A stretch of DNA of 56,878 nucleotides, the filler included, from Sphacelaria rigidula (Eukaryota), in the NCBI GenBank assembly GCA_964200075.2. It is 2 parts of 2 records of this genome, joined end to end, with 100 filler letters (N's around TTAATTAATTAA, not from the genome) between each part and the next. Parts side by side here need not be neighbours in the genome. Positions count along the whole stretch, not along the records: positions 1 to 28,400 come from CAXNAA020000099.1; 1 more part is not named here. One strand, given 5' to 3'. Shown in pieces: positions 1 to 12,224 of the stretch. Within the stretch, counting starts at the first letter, position 1; the number at the start of each line of letters is the position of its first letter. Position numbers and translations under genes: made by a program. The notes below the pieces were generated by a model. It had not been told where the DNA came from. It saw only the letters and a list, made by a program, of their open reading frames with translations, and made no database searches.

Positions 1-1571
1 TTGTGAGGGTGTGCGGGGGAGGGGGGGGGGGGGGGGGGGGGGGGGGGCGTGGGGGGGGGGGGGGGGGTAGGGGGGGATGGGTGCTCACTTGTTGCTTGCC
101 TTGGCCATTTGACGACTGACCACGCATCCCGTTCGACGCAAGTCGCACAGGGGGGTGAGGGGGCGGAACCGATTCTATGGGGGGGGGAGGGGGGTACCCC
201 CTGATCGCTGGATATGGCGATAGTAGTTCCTGCACTGCACTGCACGTGTTTTAATCTCACGTGAATTACATTTGAATATCCAAGTGGCCGACATCCAACA
301 CACTCGTCGAAGCAACACTAAACGTGTGTGTTACTAACCATTCCTCGCTGAGGCTACTTGAAGTATCCACGATAATCTATGAGGAATGTCACACCCGTTG
401 TTCCAAAGACACAAAATACGTGACAGCAGGGTTCGAGAACCGCAAACGCCACCTGTTGCGCTACGCGGCGTGTGGGGAGCATTCACGAGAAAAACGGGAG
501 CCAAATGATTTATCAAAAGCTTATAAACCGTATCTATATCTTGATAATAAGAAGTAATATCTAGTTACAGTGCAGTAGCTCATGAGCTTTCCGACGTGTG
601 GAATATCTTGGCCCAAAACAGGAAAATGTGCAACACAAACACGAGGACAAGGGCTAGTCGGTTTACTCTAACCGCGACAAGAAAATGGAGACCAGTACAT
701 GGTCCCGAAAAAAGTCACAGAGGCGACCCGAAGTTTTGGTCGTCCATCTATGGTTGATTTTTTCGAACAAACCAACAGCAACGCTAACCCAGACCCAAGG
801 CGTACGAGACCCTCGGGCATGGGGGGTGCATAGGGTCCACGCAGGCACCGAGTTCGACCAAAATAAGCTTTGGACGAGCTGCGTCCACTGCTCACCTGCC
901 CCAAGCCATGAATTTTCCCACAACTTTCTCGAGTCTAAAATCGAGTGGTCATGTTGTCAACCATACATACACGAACAAAACTTTGGGTGTACTCAAGTCA
1001 CATCCCCGCCTGAGACCCCCAAAAACTGGCGGGGAAAAATAAAAATAAAAAATAACTCCTGAGGCTACAACCCTTAGGTGTGGGAGTAGTAGTCTCGGGA
1101 GCCACAGACTTGGCCGTGGGACGTGCCTAGATAGTTCGTTCTTGTGTGAAGGGAGACTCCAGGGTCGAGAGAAGTAAACTCCGGGGGGTGTAGGAAGAGA
1201 CACCTACTGGAGTTGGAGTATGACTATTACTCCGGGGACGGGATAGACAATGACCCGAGGGGACAGACCATTACATTTTTCGTAACGCCCCGTACTTCAT
1301 GTGTACGGAATCGGTGTGGACACGTGCGAATGAGAAATTTTTCGGTGATCAGCGTGAACGAGCTCGCACAAACATCATGAGACACAGTGTTGTCATCACA
1401 GCTCAGATGTCCAAATGCCACTGTTGAAAAACGATTTCGATATACATCGTCGATACGGCGTGTCAAGATCGCCGGTTTCCAAGCTGATATTGATGAAGTT
1501 CGCGTGCATTGTACGGAGAGTTGTCAAATGCATTTGATATATATATTTATAGATATATAGATATATATACA

Positions 1572-1907
1572 GCGCCCGGGTGGTGTAATGGTCCGACTGT
1601 CGCCATTAGGTTGGAGAGGACGAGGGTTTCATTCCCGATGCATGCACTGTTTTTTTTTCGTAGTAGTATGTGATTTCCACCGTGGAAAGCGTTAGAACGT
1701 GAGTAAACAAAGTCATCGACTGAGTTTGTTTGACGTGAGTTGACGCGGTGCGGAGTGCTGATAGTCATGACCCAATCCGCGAGACCAAAATGCAAGGCGC
1801 GGAGCGGGGTAGAGATGGCTTGATCCCTCGAGACCACGGACTCATCCCGAAGGAGGGGGGTTCAAAGTGGGACGAATATAAAATATATAAAAAAATATAT
1901 AATAATA
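1572..1907 (+). mobile_element. tRNA-derived SINE, family A, intact copy
   Basis: A-box-like GGTGTAATGG, B-box-like GGTTTCATTCC, ~300-bp body, AT-rich tail; homologous copies elsewhere in the window. Confidence 0.8.
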
Positions 1908-2363
1908 TCATGGTCAGAAAATATGGTGACAGAAGAGGCGACCCGGTATATATGCCTCCTGATACCTATCTGGCCACCGGTGCTGGGCCACCCATCCCCT
2001 TCATAGCATGCAATGTATCTTGGCTAAACATCACGACGACAGGAAACGCGGGTCGACATGTACCTTTTGGCACCCCTGAGGTCACCCGTGTTGTGTGTTG
2101 CTTATACTCTGGACAACACAATATGTTCCAATATGATGCCACCAATACTTTGTATCGGAGACAGCGCAATATTTTTATTTTCAATATACTTTGTGCACTG
2201 TGTTGAGATGTCCTCGAAGACTTTGAAGCAACAACATACAATTCCCGTGTCATGATCGTGAAGTAATGCATGGCAATATATATTAGACGTGCATGTGCAC
2301 CGAGAACAAAACGTTCAAAATATATTGTGCATGCCGGCCGTGTATTTATTGAACTGTCAATAT

Positions 2364-2785
2364 TGGAGCTCGGAAATGGTACCAGTTATAACCGCCCATC
2401 ATCATTATAATGGTAATGATGGTAATGGTTAAATTATATGAAAAATTTGGATAATGGTTTCAATCCATATTTCACCGTTACCGCCTTTATAAGCCGTTAC
2501 CGGCTACGTATGCTACATGCAGCCCTTGGAAATTGGCTCAAATTCAGCGTATTTTTTAGCTCTAGTGAAGCCAAATCGCCTGACAACGTGCCTCCGGCAC
2601 GCCGCCTCCAGCGGGTCACTCCAGGGGCGCCTCCGGCGGGGCCCCTGCTGCCGGGGGGGGGCTGTTTGGCTCGCGGTTGCGCCGCTCGATGACCAAACCA
2701 TCATATACCATTTTACTGGTTAATGAGTCCGCTGCGCGTAACCATTCAACTAGTTACTGGTTAGACAAACAATTTCCGAGCTCTA
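2364..2785. mobile_element. MITE family B copy 1 (hAT-like termini)
   Basis: TGGAGCTCGGAAATGG ... CAATTTCCGAGCTCTA; homologous along its length to 29530-29874. Confidence 0.8.
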
Positions 2786-3055
2786 TATTGAGTCATACTG
2801 GCACGAGTAGTGCCGCAAGATGGCATCAAGGTTGTCAACAGCTCCATCATGGGAGAGAACCTCCCAGCCGACGGCCATTTACCACCGTAAGAGGGAGGAG
2901 TACTACCTCAAACCGCGCTATCCACCTCCCAGATGCAAGGCGCTATGTCAGATTATGCGCAAAAACAAAATGGTCGTGTCGGGATTCAAACTCGTGACCT
3001 CTGTAATAAGAGGCGGTACCACCAGTATGACCACCAGGTGCCACACGAAAAAGTG

Positions 3056-3321
3056 GATGCTGTGGGTAACTCGAAGAGTTAGGCGCTGAAATTTGGACAC
3101 ATGTTTATTATCACTGTGCACAACATTTCCCGAGGTGCATCCGTACTTCGTTTTCTTCACGGTGTCATAGCATTTTCCTAGTTTTACAGAGACTTCAAAT
3201 CGCTCCAACTTTATGTTTTTCTTGTTTTTCTAAATGCACCTCGGGAAATGTTGTGCGTAGTTATGATGAAAATATTGTGTCATAATTTCAGTCTCCAACT
3301 CTTCGAATAACCCACAGCATC
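3056..3321. mobile_element. Foldback/MULE-like MITE with ~85-bp TIRs
   Basis: 3056-3140 is an imperfect reverse complement of 3234-3321; flanks GAAAAAGTG/GAAAAAATA match 7/9. Confidence 0.7.
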
Positions 3322-6300
3322 GAAAAAATACATTCAGAAGTCACCATCAGCTGGCCCAGCTTGTATTGAAATCTTGTGGCGACCAAAATATCAGTCTTGC
3401 GCCAAAATAAAAAAATAAAATCGAAACAGAATCCGACATCTTTTCGCCCCCGATACTCACGCACACACCGTGCAACCTCAGATTCAGCAAGATGGGGTTG
3501 TTGCCTGTAGTCTACATGACATGTGATCGAAGTTTCAGCACGTAAAAGCACTAACAGCGCTTGCACGGCCGTGTCTCCTGAAGTGAGCACCTCCGCAGGC
3601 GATACCAAGATAGGTACCACGTAGAATGACATCATCCAGGGTGTGCGCAATACGGATCGATGTGTTCGTTTGCCGGGGCAGGAGCCACCCAGCAGGAAGT
3701 GAGCGTATCTGCGTGTCAACATATGCATCCACTGACGTCTCACGTAGTCTGGGCCGAGGGGACTGCGCTTTGAGGGCGTACCGATGGCGCTGCCCAAAAT
3801 CCGTATTTTGCTTCGTGGGTCTAGCGCACCACGTAAAACGTGCCGCCGCTCCGAGAATATGCTGTCTATGTTGTGGTCTACCTCTGTGCCAAGTTTCAGG
3901 CTGATTAGAACAGACACGGCGGAGAAATCTACAAGAAAAATAACCCTTGATTTGTACTGAAAATACAGTACTGAACCCTGTTAAACCATCGAAAGATACA
4001 TGAGGTGCGTATGATTTCTGTACGTGGGAATCTTGAATCTTGGCAGTTGACTTGCTTTTTTTTTCCTTTCGGCGTAAGCCTGATATATTACTCGGCCAAA
4101 AAATATTGAGGTGGCGCGTGTCGTGATATATCGATTGCACAATGAATATTAACCCTCTCTCGTGCCATCATATTGCTCGCCTAATATATATTGACCACCC
4201 GACGCGTCGACGTATTGAGCGGGCAATATATATCACATTTTGGTTTATCCAGGGTGTGTGTGTGAAGGATACCAACGCGGCCGAGGGACGCAGAAAGGCG
4301 GAGGTGGCAGAAAGTGTAGCCAGATACGTACCGGACTGATCATGGCTGAGATGGAAGGAAAGCCAGTTTCAGCACACCTGGACTTCACTGTCCCCCAACA
4401 AAAATGAGCGGTCTCCGAGAAAACAGCAACTGTAACCAAGAAAGAAACTGCGGCTACCGGAAAAATGAATAGGTGTGCTGGAGTCGTCTCAACGAGTACA
4501 GCAAGGTATTCCGAGGTGCTAAAAACCACCTAGATCTCTCCTCCGGGGTGTAAAACGACGCGGAAGCTCCAAAAAGACGAGTGTTCCAGATTCTTGTTTT
4601 GTTTGACATCAAAACCGGGCTTATGACGCAAAATCGGAGTTCGAAACATGAACATGGCGTGACATGAGAGTTTGGCACCTGTTCAACAGGGCCTGAAGAA
4701 CATACAACGGTTGCGCAACAGTCGCTACGTGACTTTTCCAACTTCGTGCATATTGACAGCACTTTGGCCCCACTCCGATTCTGTACAGACCGGAACGCAG
4801 GAACGCAGGCAATCTCCAGCGCATACCTTACAGTCTTCGTAGGGTTCGAACCACAGTACAGTGACAACTACAGCACATCTACATATACCTGGGGTCCTCT
4901 CTAGAAAACAGCGTATGCATGCATGTCACTTGTATACTCAATTCCGAGACAAGGGCACGGTGTCCTATATGCCCATCATCCTGTAATATTCCATTTCTGG
5001 TTCTCAGCGGCCAGATATGCCGCAGCGGTACGCAGACATTTGATAGATAGTCTTATGTACGAATATACTAGACGTACCAAGAGAACCACATGGGGAAAGG
5101 GTATGATGGAAAGAAGGAAATAGCAAGAAAAAGGAAGACATAAGGGAATAGGGGGGTGGGGGGTGACAGATCTTAGCGAGTACAGCAGGGCATTCATTCC
5201 AAGGTGTCAAAATCCGCCTCGCTCTCTCTGAGGGCATGAAACGACGCGGAAGCTTCAAGACGACAGTTAAAAAAAAAAATCCGTTTGTTTGCCGCAAGAA
5301 GCGGCCTAATAATAAGCGTGTATTTCCTTTATTTATTCTTCACTTCGTGTCTGTTTTAAATCGCGGCATGAAACATAGGCGTTCAAAAAACGGCGAAAAA
5401 AAGAGTGATTCTGATGTTGCCCCATGACGAGTTGGTGTTAGCCGTAGGAGTGATCCAACGTACGGACATGACTCGTGAGGTGAAGATATGTTTTCCCACA
5501 CACCCCTACAGATCGGCGCGGTTGTCAGGCAACTCCAAAATCGAAGGTATGGCCGCCTTATGATTGCGCTCACCAATCGCATCAGTTTCATTTTTCTGAC
5601 TTGTGTGAACTCAGTGACCCTCCACCCCTCACCCTCCCACGTCTTCAGAACACAGGAGTACTTGCAAGGTCCAGACATCACCTCAGAAGTGGTAGTGTAA
5701 TCTTTCAGGCGTAGGTTGTGGGCGTCCCCTTCACCAAATTACGACTTCTTCATGTACATTTTTTTTTTTGGGGGGGGGGGGTATGCAGTGTGCAATTCGT
5801 ATGCCGCCCCTTGCCTTCTCATGGTACTTTACTAAGAATCATTAATNNNNNNNNNNGTGCGCCCACCCTCCCCCCTCCGCCTCCGGGCCCCCCCACAACC
5901 AATTTCCGCCTTCTTCATGTACTTTTTTTTTTTTGGGGGGGGGGGGTATGCAGTGTGCAATTCGTATGCCGCCCCTTGCCTGCTCAGAGTACTTGACCTA
6001 GAACCACTACTACGGGGTTGAATGAAGGCCTTACCGGCCTAAAATTCGTTGTCAACAACAATATATATGAACGCGGAGGGATCTTGAAGACGTTTTTGAC
6101 TGGTCGGACCTGTGCCGAACAGAACACAGGCTCCATCCGAAGTAATTTAGGATTAGTATGCGACAGCTGTAATTTTTCATCGCATCTTCCTCGAGACAGG
6201 AAGCAAACCGGCTTGTGACACTTGACAGCCCCCCGCACACACACTAGATCTTTTGAGTGCCGCGGCAGATTTGCTCAATTTGCCACAGCGGATCCGAAAA

Positions 6301-6765
6301 GCCCGCGAACGCCAAATAAAAAACATTTTCTAGTACATTTTGGCGGTTTGCAAAGTGCTGCGGGCTTCGCGGCACGCGTACGAACCCTGCCGCGTCATGC
6401 AACAGTTCTGGTGTGTGAGTAGTGCACGCATCAAACTGCAGTCCAATCCTCTGCTTCGTTGCCGAGAAACTTGCGTTGAAAGATGAACACAACGACATAC
6501 TGCAACAGGAAGGGCACAGCAAAAACATGAGCAGCAGCTCCTATCCACCTGTTGTTGTAACCCTGTGCACAGGTGTATAGCACCGTCAGTCACAGGGTTG
6601 CTGTAGAATGTACTATAGCAAAAGTACATTTTATATGAGCGCCGTCGTCATCCCGAGTGACGCGTGTACTAGTGATTGATACTGATTGGCTCATTTAGGT
6701 TTAATTTCTTCTGCGTTCAACCGACTGTGTAGTTGGTCGGTCCATTTTTCCTGTATATGATCGCC

Positions 6766-7330
6766 GCGCCCGGATGGTGTAATGGTCCGACTGTTGCCAT
6801 TAGGGTGGAGAGAACGGGGGTTCGATTCCCGATGCGTTGAGGTTTTTTCTTCGTCATGTACGATTTCCACCGTGGAAACCGTAAGAATGTGAGTAAACAA
6901 AGTAGTCGACTGGATTTGTGTGAGGTGAGTTGACGCGGTGCGAGAGTGCTGACCCAATCCGCGAGAGAGGGATGCTACGGTAGGGGTGCAGAAATATTTT
7001 CTGAGGTTGAAATTGTTAGGAGACCTTCATCTCATGCAAAATACGACCTATGAGAATATGTGAAAGTACGCCAGGATTACTTTTCCAATGTGCTGGAGAT
7101 ATCCCGAATAATTTGCAAACGGGGATGCCCTGATCCATATTTTCGTGCATCTATAGAATTGTTAGGAGCCCCTGAACTAGACATAATTTCGCGAAAAAAG
7201 TGCACCCCTACCGTAGCATTGCTCGAGACCAAAATGAAAGGCACGTACCTGGGGAGAGATGGATTGATCCCTTGAGACCACGGACTCATCCCGAGGAAGG
7301 GGAGGGGTTCAAAATGTGAGAAAAAAAAGA
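6766..7330 (+). mobile_element. tRNA-derived SINE, family A, interrupted by a MITE
   Basis: Aligns to 1572-1874 once 6967-7228 is removed; B box GGTTCGATTCC; poly-A tail. Confidence 0.8.
6967..7224. mobile_element. 258-bp MITE with 24-bp TIRs and 4-bp TSD (Sola2-like termini)
   Basis: GAGGGATGCTACGGTAGGGGTGCA ... TGCACCCCTACCGTAGCATTGCTC; GAGA duplicated at 6963-6966 and 7225-7228; uninterrupted SINE copies have a single GAGA. Confidence 0.85.
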
Positions 7331-8191
7331 AGCCCAGAATCGGGCCCCATTCACTCCCATAACTGTGCCACGTGGAGGTACGTGCGTCGACGTTGGGAAA
7401 ACCTGACTCCGTCACCATAGGGAGCAGAGTGACGGCCAACAACCCCTTCATGTCCCACGACTTGGCATGCTGCCTCATTCAGTACGTGTGTCGGTACTCT
7501 GTACATCAGAGGGGTGAGTTTGATCGTCGTTGTGTGCAGAGTGGAGAGGCGTCGGAGGTGAGGATGAGTGGGGCATGACAATCGGCCGGAATGCTGAAAG
7601 CACGGATGCGCCATGTTGCTTCGTTGAATTTTCGACAAAAAATTCTAGGGGAACCCCCGCCCCCCGACCAAACAGAAGAAGCGAGTAGAAGAAGCACTGC
7701 GAGTGACACAAATCTTGAAGATTTTGATGCCTCTCGTACGCGTCGGGTGAGCACCGTAAACACACCATCTGGAAGGGTCAAGCGAGACCTTCTGCAGTAT
7801 TGACTGCACGGTACTTACTGACTGTACGCCCGGGTGCATCCATGTGCTGAATCGGAATCAAGCTGATCTATCATACAGAGTGTGAAATGTTGTTGTTGTT
7901 GTTGTCGTTGTCTTTACATTAAAAACCGTTCCGATATCTACGCGGTACATTTGTACCGGGCATCTGATCTAGACGCCTTCCGTGGTCACATGCTAGCTAC
8001 CTATAGAAAGGTATGGGGAAATGATGAAAATACCTATAATGGACTTATTCTCAAAAACGCTATACAAGCAAAACAGGGATAAATACGAAATATGGTAAGA
8101 AATTCTTATTTGGAGAGAGGTTCGGCATCTTATGATGTCTTCCCCTTTGTCCAAAAAATACAATCCACCCACCCACCCACCCATCCATCCA

Positions 8192-8399
8192 TCCTCAATC
8201 AACCTTTAGTTCATCAATTAATTATTAATATAAAACCTCGCCCTCTCTCAGCGGAATCATAGCTCGTACCATGCAAGACCTAATGGACTGATGACTCTAA
8301 GGTGGGTCCCAAGCACAGTAAGACAACATATCATATATGCATGAATGAATTAAATAAATAAACAAATAAATAAATAACCGATTAAAGGTTGATTGAGGA
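8192..8399. repeat. Short inverted-repeat element
   Basis: TCCTCAATCAACCTTTA ... TAAAGGTTGATTGAGGA. Confidence 0.55.
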
Positions 8400-8403
8400 A
8401 CAG

Positions 8404-9297
8404 TAGTCAGCGTCAGAAGTATGCAGAATCCGAAATTTCCTAGTTTCTCAAAGATTGTCCAAATTTGTTTCGCTTGCCACCACTCATCACAGTGACTGTC
8501 GGATGCCAAAAAATGGACATCCGGAGATATTTTTTACGTCTTGACAAAATTTTGAAAAAAAACAATCTGCGATCAATAATGCGTGATTAAGGGCTTGACC
8601 GATCTTCGGGGATCCTGCGAAAATACGACCCCAGGCTCTCGCTTCTCGGTATTTTCGGTGGATCGACTCGATCCGGATCATATAAGTGGAAACTAAAAAA
8701 ATATTGTTTTTTTGAGAAGCCACCCAGTCACTGCGCTAAATCAGGAAAAATATGTTTCTTGGACCATTTACGGTCAGTAACACCCTCCTGATAAACGGGG
8801 TCTTCACCCGGTATCGCCCCCACAACACCATCTTGGGCGATCGTGATTTGATCCGGTTTGCCTTATTTGCCAAAACTATCGACGATAACACTTCCGAGTG
8901 CTCATGGAAAATGTTATGCGAAAACCCCCCGAAAAGAGGCCATCCGCAGAAAATGCTAGACTGGGGTCTGTGCAGTGTAGGAGGGAAACACGGTCTCCAT
9001 CGTTATTGTGAAGAATTGTATACGTATTAATTTATCTGAATATTTACCGTTTCGTCGCGGAAGAGCGGGAAAACTGCTTATATTGGACCAAAAACGGTCA
9101 ATAACACCCTCCTCATACACGGGGTAAAAGTTCGTATCGCCCCAAAAACAACGTGAGCACTGCAGTTTGAGCGCGGCCTACGCTTTCTCCCTAAATCTAC
9201 CGGCGCTAGCACTTTCAAGTAGTAGTGAAGAACGGCACTTCAGAAAAACTCAGAAAAAAGGACGACTACGAATTGTGAAAACTTCTGATGCTGACTA
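8404..9297. mobile_element. Non-autonomous TIR element (~0.9 kb), Tc1-like termini
   Basis: TAGTCAGCGTCAGAAGT ... ACTTCTGATGCTGACTA; internal direct repeat ~8759-8910 vs ~9082-9230. Confidence 0.65.
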
Positions 9298-9694
9298 CAA
9301 TATATTTTGTCTTTCCCTTGTCCAATAAATAAATCAAACCAACCATCTAACCATCCAACCATCCAACCATCCCATCCCCAAACTATCATTGATTAATTAA
9401 TGAATTAATGAATTACTTCATTGATTATAGAAATGTTTTGTTGTCTACGATTTCAGCAGAAATGCTAACATCCCAATTCTTATCGTCCGAAGAGGCGCCA
9501 AACGCCAAACGCTTAGTTTTAAAATATTATCTAGCACAGGCATAGGAGAAAGGGGCATTCCAGGTGCCCCCTACTCATATCCTCTGCCAAAAACTGCAGG
9601 TACGGTACTGTACCCTGTGCCGGCAGTGCGCAGTACGTGAACAAGTCTTGTTCCGAAAGGCAAAATCGGAACAAAATCCAGTACATTACTGTCC

Positions 9695-9764
9695 GAGTTT
9701 TGTACAGATTGTCATCATCCATGGGGTGTGAGTTTTGTACAGATTGTCATCATCAATGGGGTGT
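9695..9764. repeat. 35-bp tandem duplication
   Basis: GAGTTTTGTACAGATTGTCATCATC(C/A)ATGGGGTGT x2. Confidence 0.9.
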
Positions 9765-10006
9765 CCCAGCAGTGAAGATCAATGCAGTTCAAGAGAGGAG
9801 GCAGCTTGCTTGGGGGCCTGATGCAGTCGTTGTGGTTGTGGAGGCAGTTTCGTATCATTCTGAGGTGCAATGCATTCTTGCGGATTTTCACCTGCCGCCA
9901 CCCTTGCACTTTCATATTTCTATTTCTCATTTTCCCGTTGACTTCAGCACAAATGCTTACCCGTAAATTCTCAAATTTGAAGAGAAAATGAGTCTGAGAT
10001 TATCAA

Positions 10007-10613
10007 CCCTTTGGCCGCGAGGGTAGGTCACCTGCTGAATCGGCATCAATATTCACTTGAAAAAAGTATGCATCATCAAAATGGACAACCCACACCGCGG
10101 TCCAAGGGTTAACTACGAAATTCTCATTATCTGTCGCGCCCTGTATGCATGAAACACACACGACGAGCCATCCTCGGGCGCACCAACCACAATCCCAAGG
10201 TTACAATTTTACAACACAAGTAGTTGACCAAACAGCGTACATGTAATGCGGACGTGAGTCGGTGCAACCAACTATACCCACCATAACGGGAATCGCTCGA
10301 GTGATGGGTGGATTGGGTTGCTGGCCTCGCGTTTTGTGTCAGCTTGTTTCAGGCCCGTTTGATGAAAACGGTACGAGAGGACACAGTAAAATCGCTGATG
10401 GAGTTTCGCTCCCGTAGTGTCCAAGTGTGCAGCCCTCGTGACCCTACCCTTTGACCGCGAGCATGGGCCACGTGTTGAATGACCGCGAGCATGAAAAAAT
10501 AGTGCATAGCTAGATGACCTTTCCTCGGGCGCGGTGTGGGTCAAAGATTCGTTTTTCAAATGAACGTGATGCCGATTCAACATATGACCTATTATACCTT
10601 GGCGGTCGAAGAG
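10007..10613. mobile_element. Decayed piggyBac-like MITE
   Basis: ~60-bp imperfect TIRs (CCCTTTGGCCGC...TGAATCGGCATCA) flanked by TCAA and TTGA, each one change from TTAA. Confidence 0.55.
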
Positions 10614-11121
10614 TTGATGGGGGTCATCTCAAAATTCTATTGAAATATGTGCTGGGGTATCTGCTCATACTGATATTTAGAGGGCATGCCCAGCTGGTGG
10701 ATTATCGAAATTCAAGGACAAATTCGGACAGCTTCTCCTGTACGTTGGTGTCCGTCGTTGTTTGCTATTTACCATATAGACTCCTTGACCAGGCTCAACA
10801 CGGGAAGCTGGCGAGCCGATACACGTCTGGAAGTATGGCGATTTGGAGGGGAACGCCTTGTGCACGTTGCGGAGCAAATCAGTCGCTGCAAAATTGCAAG
10901 TGGCAGTTTCAATGCTCTAGTACAACAGTACAGAATGATGAAGTAGGAAATGTGAGCGTACATGGGCGTATCTGTGGAACAATAAAGACCCCCAACCTTC
11001 AACAATCCAACGTTCCAAACCTGTACCGCACTGCACGGTACCATCAGACAGCACGAGAACAGAGGAGATCGCAACACCATCTGTCGACGGCGGAACCACA
11101 TGCCCACCAGCAATAACTCAC

Positions 11122-11401
11122 CCTTCAGATCCTTGAACTTGTCGTAAATAATATAGCAGTTCGTGCCTATCACCGCGAGTGCCAGAAGAACCGTTAGCAC
11201 AGCAAGGAACCTGAAGAAGCACAGAGCCCGCGAAGCCAGGCCGCTCTCCGGGGGGGGGGCATGCTCGGGAACGCCATCCTCCGGCACATCGGGTTTATCT
11301 TCCCCTCCTCCAACAGCTTCATCGACTAACTTGTCTGCTAAGTCTCCCTCGCCAGCGGCAGCTGCTTCTTCGTTTGTTGCCCATTTTGGGAGGTCGGACA
11401 T
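11122..11401 (-). CDS. First coding exon of a membrane protein (acidic N-terminus plus one hydrophobic helix)
   Basis: ATG at 11401, MSDLPKWATNEEAAAAGEG...RALCFFRFLAVLTVLLALAVIGTNCYIIYDKFKDLK, then a GTGAG donor at 11121. Downstream exons not confidently found. Confidence 0.7.
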
Positions 11402-12107
11402 TGTGTGGGAGTCGAGGAGGGGTTTGTCAATGGTGCCCGTGCTTGGATTCTTGCGAGCCACGTTGAGGTCGTTGCAATATCAACTACTCCAGTTGATATT
11501 TTCGTGAGTATTCGTGGATGGAGATATGGAAAAGAGACGCTAGGCGTGCAGGCGTATGTTGTCGTGTTGCTGTTGTCGAACCTTTATCTTGTGTCGGCCA
11601 CTCAGTGCTAGTTGGTGTCTCGGGGTCTCTGAGCCTTTGCTCGGGATATGGCGGAAACTATAGATTTGACCCGTTTCTCAGACCCGTAGCCCGACCAGTC
11701 GAGGGCAGGGAAAGGTTATCGTCCGACCGGACAAAATCGGATTACTTTACGGATTGACCTAATCCAAGAATGGAGTACATCGGATCAGATTACCCCTCGC
11801 CTGTCGCGGTCTCCGCTGACAGCTTCCGCACAATTCCAAGCCCAAAGTACTGTACAGTGCTGAGAGCTGCCTGGATATCACTGTGCAAGACGGAAGAGAC
11901 GTATCGGTAGATAAGTGTGATAGCCTTGAGGGGGCATCTCAGACAATCGTATACTGTTGTCGTCTTCTTCTGTCCAGGCCACAAACAGAGTCAACGCAGG
12001 AAAACCATACCCGAGAATTTATCATCTCCAACGAACTCTGTATTTGGCGGAATTTTGGAGCATATCAGCACAACAGCAGCGCTGGGTAGGATCGGCGACT
12101 TGGAGTC

Positions 12108-12224
12108 ATGGTACCGCCTTTGCAGAAGCACGTGCTGTTTGTGGGAGGTATCGTGCCGGCTGCATCCACGTCTGACATTGAAGCGGAGTTCAAGAAGTTC
12201 GGCAAATGTGATTGTGATTTCAAG
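12108..12224 (+). CDS. SR-like gene exon 1 (RRM N-half)
   Basis: ATG MVPPLQKHVLFVGGIVPAASTSDIEAEFKKFGKCDCDFK|gtcagt. Confidence 0.85.

Noticed and set aside
1..200. Poly-G tracts as G-quadruplexes, and a possible minus-strand exon at ~88-150
   Set aside because: Looks like low-quality contig-end sequence; no recognisable peptide.
3288..4140. ~200-aa minus-strand ORFs
   Set aside because: No recognisable domain or splice support; they overlap repeat-like sequence.
5718..5983. Apparent ~110-bp direct duplication
   Set aside because: It flanks a 10-N gap in poly-G/C low-quality sequence and is most likely a contig-end overlap artefact.
6766..6835. Functional tRNA gene (also at 1572, 17534 and 23663)
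   Set aside because: No complete cloverleaf. The family A heads continue into a shared body and A-rich tail, and 23663 into its own body and A-run, so these are SINE-like.
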